DNA from: Convolutriloba macropyga
Taxonomy: Eukaryota
Assembly: GCF_964194025.1 (NCBI RefSeq)
Contig: NC_134475.1
Location: forward strand, 43,214,001-43,278,000
DNA: 64,000 bases
Reading direction: 5' to 3'
Part shown: positions 11,786-23,529 of the stretch, one piece after another
Layout: the number at the start of each line of letters is the position of its first letter
Position numbering within the stretch: position 1 is the first letter of the stretch
Made by a program: the position numbers and the translations under genes
The notes under the pieces: model-generated
Seen by the model: only the letters and a program-made list of their open reading frames with translations
Databases searched by the model: none
What the model was told of the DNA's origin: nothing

Positions 11786-14115
11786 AAACATACCCGGCAG
11801 ATTGCCCGAAAATAGCCGCCGTTGATTCCCATAACTCTATTGGGATTGAAAGAAAAGAAAATATCAACAAAAATTGATTTTTGTATAAAATACATTTTAA
11901 GTGCGATTTATTTTGATGTCATTTCGTAATTGAACATACTCCTATCTCTCAGTGAGAGGCTACAGGGTCTAGTATCAATACCAAAAAGCATTATAGATAG
12001 TGACTAAAACTTATTAGAACAAAGTTCAAGTACCGCGCATCTAAAAAATGGGCTTTAAGGGTTTATCCCGATTCTATTTCTGACTTTTTTATACTGACCC
12101 TCTTCATTTTAAATTGCTTTGCTGAGCAGCTGCTGTTTAAAAGGAATTTGAGCAGAATCACAGAAGAGTGAAACTAGCCTAGAGAAGTCAAAAAGATTTC
12201 ACGCAAAATGTCGAAAAAGCAGCAAAATGGGTAAAGCGAAAAAAAAAAGTTTGACGAAAAAAAACCTAGCAGGACAAGTCCTGAAATAAAATTCAAATAA
12301 TTGAATGAAACACTCAGACGTACTCTACCTGACCAGCAGATCAATTGAACAATGCCAGCCAAAACAAACAAAATCATCAAAAATTGAGAAACTAAAAGAA
12401 TCAAAACTAAACAAAAATATACTCATTCCTAAAACTCTTGAAGCTGTTAAAACTAAGGCAAAATTTTTCCCTTTAAAAAACCTATTTCAAAAATATGTTC
12501 AAAACCAATTTTTGTTTCTGAAATTGGTTCAGTATTATATATGCAAGACCTGCAAAAAAATTCATCGGCCCTTGAAGATAGATTACCTCGAAAATGAACA
12601 AAAAATTTAGAAAAAAAAAAAACAATTGCAAATAATACGGAAATGTTGCCTAAAAAAATGTGAACTAAATATCTTCAGAATCTTTTCTATGTCTCTAGAG
12701 GCTATCCAGTAACCCAATTCCAAGCTGTGAAAAACTCAATGGCTCATAGATCGATAGGCAAAAATTTTTAGAAAAAATTCCAAACTTCAAAAAATAGAAA
12801 ATCGTTCTATTAAAATGTCAAACGCCATTCAATTGCCCCCTAGCAACTATTTAACAACATACTATCAAACCCTGGAGAAGGCTACTTGGCTACTGAGGCA
12901 AGAAAAAGAATAAAATACAAATGTTTCGAAAAAACGTGAAAAAAATTGCAAATTTAATCAAAAAACTTTTAAAATTCGAAAGGCTAAATTGTTGAAAACA
13001 AATCCACTGAAACTAAAAACCATGCAGTAACTTTTATCAGAACGTGGAATATGTTTTCTCGCACTTGAGAATGGACGAATATCAAAAACTGACAAAAACT
13101 TTAGGAAGCCTTGAAAAAATTGCCATTTTTATCAAAAAAATTCTGAAATTCGAGACATCAAAGTATTAAAAACCATTCCATTGTTACTAGAAACTATGCA
13201 GTGCACTATTAACAAACCTCAAAGGAGATTAACTGGTCCCTGAAGCTTGAAAAACTGAAAAAATGACGAAAATTTTCAAAAACCTGAAAAGAATGCGAAT
13301 TTTGTCAAAAAATAATTTCAAAAAAAATTTGTGATATTCAAAAGTTGAAACCTATTCCATGGCAACTCAAAAATTTTCAGTAACTTATGATCCAACCCCT
13401 GATGAGGTTTTCTGGCCCCTGGGACCCAACTTGAATAATAACAATAAATGTCAAAAAATATGAAAAAAATTGCAAGTTTTGTCAAAAATTGCTAAATTTC
13501 ATGATGGCAAAAAGTTGAAAACCATTCCATTACCACCAGAAAATATGCAGTAATCTATCATCAAACCCTTTATCAAACCCCAGAGGCGGTTTTTGACACC
13601 TAGGATTAAAAAACTCAAAAAATGACAAAAATTTTTAAAAAACCCGAAAAAAATTGCGAAAATTAGTATCATTTTGCGTGTTTATGTTTGTAGTACCAAA
13701 ACATACAGCTCATAAAATGGTCATACCAACCAATTTTGTGTCGCTACGGCCTTCATCAGCTTTTATATGATTCAATCTAAGACTAATCAAAACAAAAAAT
13801 CACAAAAAACATGAAAAAATTGCAAAATTTTGAGCCCAAAAACTCCTAAAAATGACCTTTAAACCTTAAATTAAGGCCATCCCAGCAGCTGCACCACTAA
13901 AAGCAATTGAAAGACTACTGAAGCCCACATTGGGCATCTAATGAAATGCCCGCTGGGCTTTACCTCTTTATCCCGTTTTGAAAGATCAAAGTCATTGGAA
14001 AATGTGTGAACACAACTTGAAAAAAAAAAACAGCGCACCAATACAATTCAAATTCTTTGAATTGTAAAAAATAGGAGCGCTATAATAGCCTGCTGAGAAG
14101 ATGAGGGCGGCTATT
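11786..14115 (-). mobile_element. Non-autonomous Helentron-like element (HINE) family A1 with nested family C element
   Basis: Minus strand: 5' AATAGCCGCC subTIR within a short inverted repeat (14084-14115); 3' GGCGGCTATT subTIR followed by stem-loop CGGGCAATCTGCCGG and TATGTTT (11786-11820). No TSD; flanks are T-runs. The body matches the 525-bp copy at 40568-41092. Confidence 0.8.
12265..14066 (-). mobile_element. HINE family C, long form, nested in A1
   Basis: 3' hairpin CAGGACAAGTCCTG (12270-12283); 5' palindromic end TACAATTCAAATTCTTTGAATTGTA (14042-14066); internal degenerate ~120-bp repeats at ~12660-13660. Confidence 0.75.
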
Positions 14116-15778
14116 AATGATGTCATAGGGAACAGTTAACAATGTTATCAAAATTTTTAAATATACATTTTGTTATAAAACAGGAGCGCCATTTCAATGA
14201 GGGCATATATAGTTTGCAGTAATTGCTTGCTTTCAATTTAGTTCAAATTTGCTTCAAAACTGGATATATGTGCACTTATTTTTCAAAGCGTATTTTTGTG
14301 GCTAATGTCAAAACTTGGAAAAACCTTTCGTCACCGACTTCCACGCCATAAGTCACTTGTTTCCGCACAAGAAGTAACTTTTTTCATAGTTCTACGATAG
14401 TGCCCATTTGAAGGAAAATAAAGAAAGTCTAATTGGTGATCAATTTCAGAACTTAATTTCTCTCTTGATACTATATGCGTATTAAAAGTACAATTAGCAG
14501 TTTTTGGATTACACATCATTGTTCACAAGAACAGTTAAGTCTCTGAATTGGGTCTCAAGTATTTACAAAACAAATTAGAGCAATAAAGTTTTACGGTAAT
14601 TGCATGTTCAAAGTTGTGGAAATTGGTTACATTTATTCGTGAACACGCGTGATAAAATGTAAAATTCTTCAACGCTATAAGTAACTTATTTCGTCCTTTT
14701 AAGCATTTTTCCACTTAGAACATTGGTCGCGTAATGATAAAAACTTTACGAAAATTTTAAAAGCACGAAAGCAGTATTTATTTCCATTACACTACTTACA
14801 TATTAGTATGTGGCAGTTAGTTGTATGCATACAGGAAGTTCCGAGAAGCAAAAAATTTTGCAATGCAATGATGGAAATGAAATAATCTTTTTATTTACCA
14901 CGGAAAAATAATGTATTAATATTTGATAATCAGCGAAACTGTTAATACCATTTTTTTTAAGCTTTGATAGACACTGGAAACTGTTATTCCAAAACACTTT
15001 GGATTCCATTAGGGGAAAAGCGGCAGGTTAACAATTTGGTTCTAAGTCGTTCTCAGAGAGTTTTAGTACAGAGAGGCAATCAGATTGATCAAATGAAACG
15101 ACACAAACCGATTAGTCAAACCTGATATGTACTTGCTCAGAGCGAGTTTTTCTAATGAATTCCTACAGCTAAGAGATACTTTAAATAATACTTCTCTTAG
15201 GTGGAAAATACACAATTTATTAAAAATAAAAAGTATGCGATACGTATCAACTGTTTAATACTTATTAATTGTCACTGATGTTAATAAAGCATCGACTGCT
15301 TGAATACAGCTACCGTGTACAAATGAACCGTAAAAGAGACAAATCAGAGAGAAGCAAGTCGTCGGATTTTAGAACATTATCGAGAGATCGTCAGACATAG
15401 ATGCGAAATAGACCCCCCTCCCCCGTTATTAATATGACCAGCACGACCAAAAAACAGCATTTCAAAACAAGCTCAAAGATTGCCAGAAAATATCTCCGAT
15501 AGCTTTATAGACATGTAAATGTGCCATAAAATAACCGTCAATTAGATTAAGAGATCCTAAAGTTGGAAAAAAAATAAAATTTGAGAGACATTTGAGAGAA
15601 ATGAAAAGTCAATTTGTGAGTTAGGTGAAAAGCCAACTCATTTCTGAATTTCGAAACACCAAAGAAAAAATCTTACCCAAAGAACTCGAAAGAACAGTAA
15701 AAACAGAAGTCAAATTGTCGCGACCAGTAAAACTAAAAATAAGTCAAAAATAAAACGACCCAAAACTAACTGAGCAAG

Positions 15779-15886
15779 AAAAAGAGGAGAGAGACGCACT
15801 CCCTCTATATCCCGGTACATATACAAGGTGGTGAAGCACGTCCATAGCGACACTATTGTTTCCTCAAAGCTATGATCATGAATTTG
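15779..15886 (+). pseudogene. H2B: Histone H2B gene fragment (decayed)
   Basis: From 15816 it translates YIYKVVKHVHSDTIVSSK, then after small indels M/IMN. Canonical H2B reads [24 protein letters not shown]. A KRR-coding stretch precedes it. No start or C-terminal half is visible. Confidence 0.7.
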
Positions 15887-18115
15887 TTACTTCTTTACTA
15901 AAATTACTTACTTCATTTGTATAATAAACGTCAATAATGCAGTAACAAATGACACCAGGCGAACCAGCTCAGCTGCAGAGTGGTAGAACTCACTAAAAAT
16001 ACACTTTGTATCCTTGGCGTGTGATCAAAAGCCCACAACAAATCTAAGACGACGACGGATTACAAAAATCGGATGGTACGACCTGAACTTACAGAATTTC
16101 CATTAAGAAGACAATCATGCTCTCTAAATGAAAAGGAACGAAATGAAAAACCTGTTGAAAATCGAATAAGGAGACTCCCAAATGTCCACATAAACATCAC
16201 TGAGAATTTTTGTTCTAACATTGTTTGTCCATGGCAATTAAAAATTAGTTTGAAAAAACTGCTTTTTCACTTCAGTTCCTGTTCCGGTGTGATCTCAATC
16301 ACCACTTAACGTTGACTTTCAAAAATCAATATATATGCGCACAAAATTGCACCACAAATCCACTTAAATTAAATAAATTGTAAAACACGCTGGAGGCAAA
16401 AATAGTATTCCCGATATCAATTGCGGCTATTAAAACTATTTTTAAAGAATGGCTTAAGACAGGTCAATTTCAAACGACGAAATGATCGAAAAATCCTAAG
16501 TTTCTCTTTACGTTCAAGCTTTATGGCATATACTGGCAAGCTTTATGATTTTATGAAATAAAAACTAATCAGCGAGAGAAATTAAATAGGGACTAGTTTC
16601 GACATAAATCGCAAAAACAAAAAAAATCAAGGTAAACATTTTTCCAGTATTTTTTTCTCAATCGAGATAGAGTTCCTCCGCAATTCAGTTAAAATCAAAT
16701 TAAAAGCAGAAGTACAAACTAGTTTTGCAATTGCTGCTGCACTATTTTATCCGAGCGCGGATTTACCGTTTACTTTTTCAAAAACAGGCCAGCGAAAAAA
16801 TTACTGCAGAAAGCAATATTGCATATAAAATAATCAGAATGAATTTTTCGTACATTGATAAATAATCAAAGTTTTTATTGAGAACGCCGAAGCTCATCGG
16901 CGAGAAAGAACATTTCGAACTCGTTGTTATTCCATCTTGACAGACTACGAAAAAAAACAGACTACGAAAAAAATCACTAAATATTGTAAACACCAGCTTC
17001 ACTGAATTGCCCATGTTCACTCAAAGCCAAAAATCGGGAATACCAATCTTTTGACTACTGTGAAAAAGAAATAGTTCTCTTGCGTACTAAACTAAAATTC
17101 CTTAACTTGCTAAAAATAAATTTTCAAGTATAAATACACTTCTTTTACACTCTACCTACCAAGTTATGCTTCATCAGAGGCGACAGTAACTCCAAAGCCA
17201 TAAGGAAATGCTACAAAAAATCAAGACAAAATTGAAAACATTTTATCTACAAATAGGGTATTGGAAAAAAGGGATGAGATGCTAAACTACCTTATCGGAA
17301 AGTTTTTCAAAAACGAAACGATCAGAATCTGCTAATTAGTTCAACAATACGAAGCCTTCGAAATTGAATGCTATATATTATCACTACTATAATTATGACC
17401 AATTAACGATGTCGGAGAAATTAGAGTTTATAATAAATAGCAACACAGATTAACGTAGCCCCAAAACGAAGTTCATCAAAGCCATTTTAAGCAATATGAT
17501 GACTTTCTCTATGTTCATTTCATAATCACGAACTACCAATTCATAATCTCAAGGTGCAGTGTAATGGGTTAAAATGACAAACATAGCCGGCAAATTGCTG
17601 CCGTTGACCCGTTTGACGCACATCAGGATTGAAACAGAGAGGAAGCAAAATTTTCTAAGTGTCAAAAAGTGTGGTAATTTGGTGAGCAGTTTCAGTTAGA
17701 TTTCAAAATTATATTAATTCAGCTTCTAAACTGAAGTTCATTACGCTTAGTGCAAATAACAGCTAGCAATCACTTTATTGAATTTCGATAACTTAACGCA
17801 CTATGACTTAATGACTGTGCTTTATCGGTTTATCTCGTTTCGTTTGACTCCGCTCTTTTGAACTTGAAAGTATTCACTAAATTGCATAATTCAATGAGTG
17901 AGAATTTAAAAACCATTCAGTTGAAACAGTGAGTGAGCAAAGTCAAGCGTCAAACATGAAAACCGTGATTCATGTCAAACTAAAAGCGCGATAAAAAAGG
18001 ACAGAGCATAAATAGTAGCCGTTGAGAGGCTGACGGAAAGATCAAATCTGAATATTAGTTCAAGACTACGAAGCCTTCGAAATTTGAATGTTATATGTTT
18101 ACCAGTAATTACGAA

Positions 18116-20442
18116 AAGCATAGCTGGCAGATTGCCAGAAAATAGCCGCAATAGCTTCGTAGATCTGCGGTCACAGATAGTAAAAGAAACAGACCAAAAA
18201 AGAAACTTCTTTTCATTAAGTGCTGAGATGTTATATTTGGGTTTCCAACAGCTGCCCTCAAATACCCTTGAATTAGAGTGACACGCACTCACCTGACTTG
18301 ATCTCCAGGAATTAAAGTAAGAAAGTCAGTTCCAGAGTTAGAAAGTCATTTTTGAGAGTGAGGTATGTCACATGTGACCAAGAACTTAATCGAGCGAATG
18401 AATAAAAAACTCTCCACTAAGAGTGAGTGACAAATGACATCAGGAACGCAATTCAGTTGAAATTGCATGAAAGAAATAAAGAAAAAGCAGATTTTAATTA
18501 GGTCGTAATAAAAATCTTGACGCAATAAAAAATGACGCAATAGCAGGACGAATTCTTAATTACAGATCAAACGATTGAAATAACCCTTAGCCCGACAATT
18601 AATATTTCTACAGCAACATCAATCAAAGCCCCTGACACAATAAGCTCAATAATGAACATGAAAATCCTAAAACAATTTTAAAAATTTACAAGATTTAGTG
18701 TTTGAAGACAACAGCAATTTTTGAAAATATTGAATCTATTATTCTTTAGAATGGAGTACAAACACAACATGCTTGTGGGAATCAATGACACACAAAGCAA
18801 AAAAGTAAAAATTAAAGAAAAGTGGCAAAATCAAAAACTTTGAAAAGGGTGCCAAACTAAGAGAAGCTCATAACTACAGGACAAACCCTTAACTACAAAA
18901 CATGAAACTTTTAAAGCTATGAAATACTTTTTAGCAGTCCTAATGCCTGAAAAAGGGACAAAAGAACTACAAATGAAAGCAAGATCCGCAAATCCACTTC
19001 AACCTTTCAAAAACAAAGGGTATCATCACAGTGAATGCAAACGTTAGCGGAAAGACGTTGGATCCACCAAAATTGCACTAAAATCATGCCGCACTAGAAG
19101 GTGACTAAGAAATATTTGTTGAGACTAAGCAAAAAGACCACAAGAGAAACAAAAACACTTAGGACACAAAATCAACTTTCATTCTTCGAAAAGCAAGTCT
19201 GAAAATCTCTCAGACAATTGTCGTGACCTGAAAAGACTAATTAGATTAGCCAATTACTCAGTAGCAACCAATGAAATCTGTCATTAATGAGATTAACTGA
19301 TCGAACAAAAAGAATTAAGTACGACAAATAAACAAAACTCAAAAATTCAGTAACATTTTTTTAAAACGGAAAGTCTTTAAGTCAATAAAAAGCAGCTTAA
19401 TACTGAATCGATTAATTTAGGCATCCTTGGCAACCGATGAGACAACCCACAGTCTCCAAAACAGTTTCTGTGAATCGCATGCTTGGTGACTAGTGAGCTG
19501 AAAGCGGAGAGCTGTTAGTGGCTGGGCGCTACCTGTTTATCCCGTTTTTGAGGATCAAAAGTCAAATGGGTCAGACAAAAAAATCGGTCAAGCAAAAAAT
19601 CGCATTAAACAGACCGACAGGATTAATATAAGTACTCTAACTTCGTTTGAGAGCAATTAAAAAGAGCAGAAGTCAAATCTTCACTAATATTTTAAGACAA
19701 ATAGTGCCAAAGTGTAAAAAAGCATTAGCTGCCCGCCGATAAGTTCAATCAATTTCAAATAGTCGCCATTTAGAAAACATAACCGACTAACGTCGGACGA
19801 ATTGCTCTCAAACGACCGGCGAGCGGTTGGCTTCGTCAGTAGCTAGCCACGGGGGGGGGGTGCACTGGGGGCAACACTGGGTTGGGGGGGGCAACAGCGC
19901 GGTGGGGATGATGGGGGTCAACGGGGGGGGGGGGGGGGTTCTCAACCTCTCAGAACCGCCCTTCACACCATAAGTATAAGTATAAGTCTCCAAAACAGTT
20001 TGAGCTGAAACAGAGCTGAAAGGCTCTAAGAGCACTTAATGCCCGCTGGGCGCTACCTGTTTATCCCGTTTTTGAGGACGAAAAGTCAAAAGCGTCAGAC
20101 GAAAAATCGGTCAAGCGAAAAATCGCATAAAAAAAGACCAACAGGACTAATATAATTGCTACAAACTTCGTTTGAGAGCAATTAAACATAGGTATTATAT
20201 TAATAGCAGTTAAGAGGAGAAGCAATGAAATCAAGACTCAAATTGCCGCATGTGAAAAAACAAATTGGCTTTGCCATTTGACTTGTCATCCTGTGAAAAG
20301 AGAAGTCACCCATTAAAAAGAAATAGATCACCAAAACTCCTCTTAGAGTCGTAACAAGACAGCACACAAAAACAAAGAAAATACTTTGGATTGTCAAAAA
20401 GAGATGGCCAATAATAACCCCAGCTATCGCTTTGCGGCTATT
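18116..20442 (-). mobile_element. HINE family A2 with nested family C (18541-20394), which itself contains family B pieces
   Basis: 3' end: AGCATAGCTGGCAGATTGCCAGAAAATAGCCGCAATAGC. 5' end: AATAACCCCAGCTATCGCTTTGCGGCTATT. Degenerate C ends at 18541 (TAGCAGGACGAATTC) and 20371-20394 (..CTTTGGATTGT). Confidence 0.7.
19775..20183 (-). mobile_element. HINE family B with G-run insert
   Basis: Hairpin CCGACTAACGTCGG (19783-19796) next to subTIR AATTGCTCTCAAACG; other end AATTGCTACAAACTTCGTTTGAGAGCAATT. A 5'-end fragment of the same family lies at ~19520-19658. Confidence 0.8.
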
Positions 20443-21366
20443 AATAACGACGAGTTAACAATGTCGGAGCATTTAGAGTTTAAAACTGAATCTAAACATA
20501 AAGAGGAAGGAAGAGATAGGAACACAAATGCAGATGGCCCACGATTTTCACCGCGGCGATTTTAAACAATCTGATAACTTTCTCCAACTATATTCAATAA
20601 CCTTAAAATAAATTTATAAAGAAAATGATTAGGGAACCAAAGCTTACTCGCTTAGTGGATTGTCAAAAGTACCGGCTTCAAAACAGAAAATAATGCAAGC
20701 TGGGTCACACTTAGATCTATTTTGAAAAAATGAACCAGCTGATAACATTATCATTTATCAGCAACAGTTAGCTCCATAAAATGAAGTTTTCCCTCAAATA
20801 TTTATGTAGAACTAGACGCTAGAAAATACCAAAAGTCATCAAAGCCCACAAGGCTCTTGTAAAAAGCATTGCGAGGCAAGACAATTTGATAAGCTCAAAA
20901 ATGTTAAGTGCGACTCTGATGATTTCATTGAGAACATTTGGCGTAGCGGTACCAGTGGGAGTGAATGTAGGTTTCAAAATGCCAGCAGTTTTAAAAATCT
21001 ATCCCCGTGTATAAGAAAATTCCATTTTAGAATCTGGCACAACAGATATCTTTCATTTTTTTAAAACGTGCACGTGCTCGCTTCATGTGCTTATATACAA
21101 CTAAAAATTCAAAATTTCAGATTGAACACGTATACTTGCAAGTTTTATATCTCTGCAATGTCAGATTCCACAATGCCAGATTTTCCTAGATACAGTATTA
21201 GATTTGCAAGTTTGAGTTTCAAGCAAGGTTACGTCATCCTGCAGAAGTTACTTTGAAATTGTGATTATACCTCGAACCAGTACGCTGTTCTCGATTAATG
21301 CCCGTTTTTCCCAGGACTTCATTAGAGTCACGTAATCTATCTTTACTGTACTCGAGCCCACAGAAT

Positions 21367-21853
21367 AAACATAACAGACTAACATCGAGGGAATTGCTCT
21401 CAAAGGACTGGCGAGCGCATCAGTAGCTAACTCCGGCTAAGGGAGACTAGCTTCAGCTAAACTAAGGGGAGCGGGTGGGTGAGTATGGAGGTGAAGGCCG
21501 AGCATGCGGGGTTACGGGTGGAATGAGGCGGAATGGGGTTGGGGGTGACGTGGCAGTGGCGAGGGTGTTAAGTAGGGAGGGTTTAAGTGAGGGAGGGAGT
21601 CAAACTCTAAGAACAACCCTTCATGAATTTGTCTCTTAAACAGTTTCGATGAACCACATACGTAGAGACCAATGAGCCTTGAGGCTCAAGAAGATCTTAA
21701 TGCCCTCCGGGCGTCACCTGTTAATCCTGTCTTCGAGGGAAAAAAATCAAAAGACCAGAAAAAACATTTAGACGAGAAGTTTGTAGTACAAAAATCGCCG
21801 AAAAAAGACCAGCAGGACTAATATATTTGCTACAAACTTTGTTTGAGAGCAAT
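21367..21853 (-). mobile_element. HINE family B, diverged copy with G-rich interior
   Basis: Same termini as 19775-20183 with substitutions (ACATAACAGACTAACATCGAGGGAATTGCTCTCAAAG ... TTGCTACAAACTTTGTTTGAGAGCAAT). Confidence 0.75.
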
Positions 21854-22997
21854 AAATGACTTATACCAGTATCGTTGAAATGTGTAGTCAGTCAGAAGCT
21901 GTATATAGCACAAGCTGTGTTAATACAATGCTGTAGAGTTGCTCAGTTCAGCTAAAAACGGTGGTTTCAAAATAGAAGTTTTTTGGCCAAGTAGTAGGTA
22001 ATACATAATTAATTGATCAATTATCGCAATTCATTAATAAATGGCAGTAACATAGCTCTAATCAATTTCACTAGAGCCACCCAAAGCATCGGCACTTTGC
22101 TAGCTATTTTACAATCTGGTAATACTCAATAGTACTGTGTTAGCGCCCTGTGAACTAAGGAAAGTAGTATAGATGGAAAGATGAAAGAAAAGAGAGTTAG
22201 AAGAGTTGGAAATGAAAAGATACTATATAAATTTGATACGATACACGTGAAAATGCTCTTTTTAGACTAAATCTGCAATGCTAGCTAGCTGCTGCTACGC
22301 AAATAAACGGTGATATAATATTCGAGTCAACTTCGGGTAATCAAAGTAATACTGTGACAAATGTATAAAGCACAAAACAAAATGATCGTTAAAAATACCT
22401 AGTTCGAATAAAGTGGGGTGACAGCCGGAGAAAGCGTGAAAGTAGATGCAGAATTTTTTCCTTTTCCCACTTGATTATACACATCTATATTCATACCCAT
22501 GTAATAGTATGTAAAATTGTAATGATTACTCTTGCCTTAACAATTGTAAAGGTTCAAACGGCATTTAAACAAAAGCGTTTTGAAATGAAAATTGTTTTCA
22601 GGGAAAAGAAATAGATCCAAAAAACGGAAACGGGTGCAAGTAGAGTTTCATTCGGAACTTTGAAATCGTCGGGGTTTTTGGGAAGCGGTGATAATAAGCA
22701 ATTAAAGAGCAATTCGGAATATCAGCAACTCATGTGATTATTAGAGCAGGAGCTGATCAGAGAAAGCTTATTTTCTATGGACAGTTGAATTGATTTCGAA
22801 TTTCAACTACGCAATGCTCAACAGCGTCCTCATCAATCTATGGATGATTGCAGTACACAATTGCAAATGATAGTGCTCTTCAAAAAAGAATAAACAACAT
22901 TTATGATACCTCTTTTAAGTAACAATTTCTACCTTGATGATGCAATGGTTAACTTTCCGTTTGAGAAGAGCACTTGAGAAGATCAGTTTGAGTTGCA

Positions 22998-23481
22998 TCA
23001 AGATGTTTGGAAGACTTGATTCAAAATTTGTTCTTCGAGCCATGCGTCAATGTACTTATTAGAAGAATCTCCTCCACCGTTTAAACTGTTAGAACTTGAA
23101 TTTGTTGAGTCAATTTGTTCGTTATAATAGAACAATGTTAATTCCCGTCTACTGTTGTTGTTGTTACCGCACCATGCAGTTCCTTGGAATCCGTTACTGC
23201 CATTCGATAATGAAGATCCTGTTCTCTGAATGGGTTTTGTTGGTTGATCGTTTGATATTGAGGCATTTTGGTCACTGCCATTTGGTATCGTAGCCGATTG
23301 CAACTCGTTCAAAGTTGCAATGGGTTGTTGTTTTGATAATGGCGTCTGTGGCTGGTTGTTATTAGCATTGTTTAGTTGGGAAAGTTTCGAGCCTGAGCTG
23401 ACCCTTCGCATTACATTTGGCAAGGTGGGCTCTTGGTTCGCTTTACTGCTGCACTTGTCAACAGCAGTTTGCCAATTCCGT
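22998..23481 (-). CDS. Last coding exon of a putative MCRIP/FAM195-like protein
   Basis: Acceptor gatttag| at 23483-23482, phase-compatible with the donor at 31985. Reads (R)RNWQTAVDK...LFYYNEQ...YIDAWLEEQILNQVFQTS*; N/S/Q-rich, open for 484 nt. Confidence 0.7.
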
Positions 23482-23529
23482 CTAAATCATAAAAGCCCAT
23501 ATTGCAAAAACTATATCCGTTTCCAACCA

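Noticed and set aside
14270-14390. Minus-strand peptide YGVEVGDERFFQVL reminiscent of CIDE-N
   Set aside because: Short, bounded by stops and without convincing splice sites; likely chance.
19808-20035. Proline-rich 75-aa ORF
   Set aside because: It is a translation of C-runs inside a family B element.
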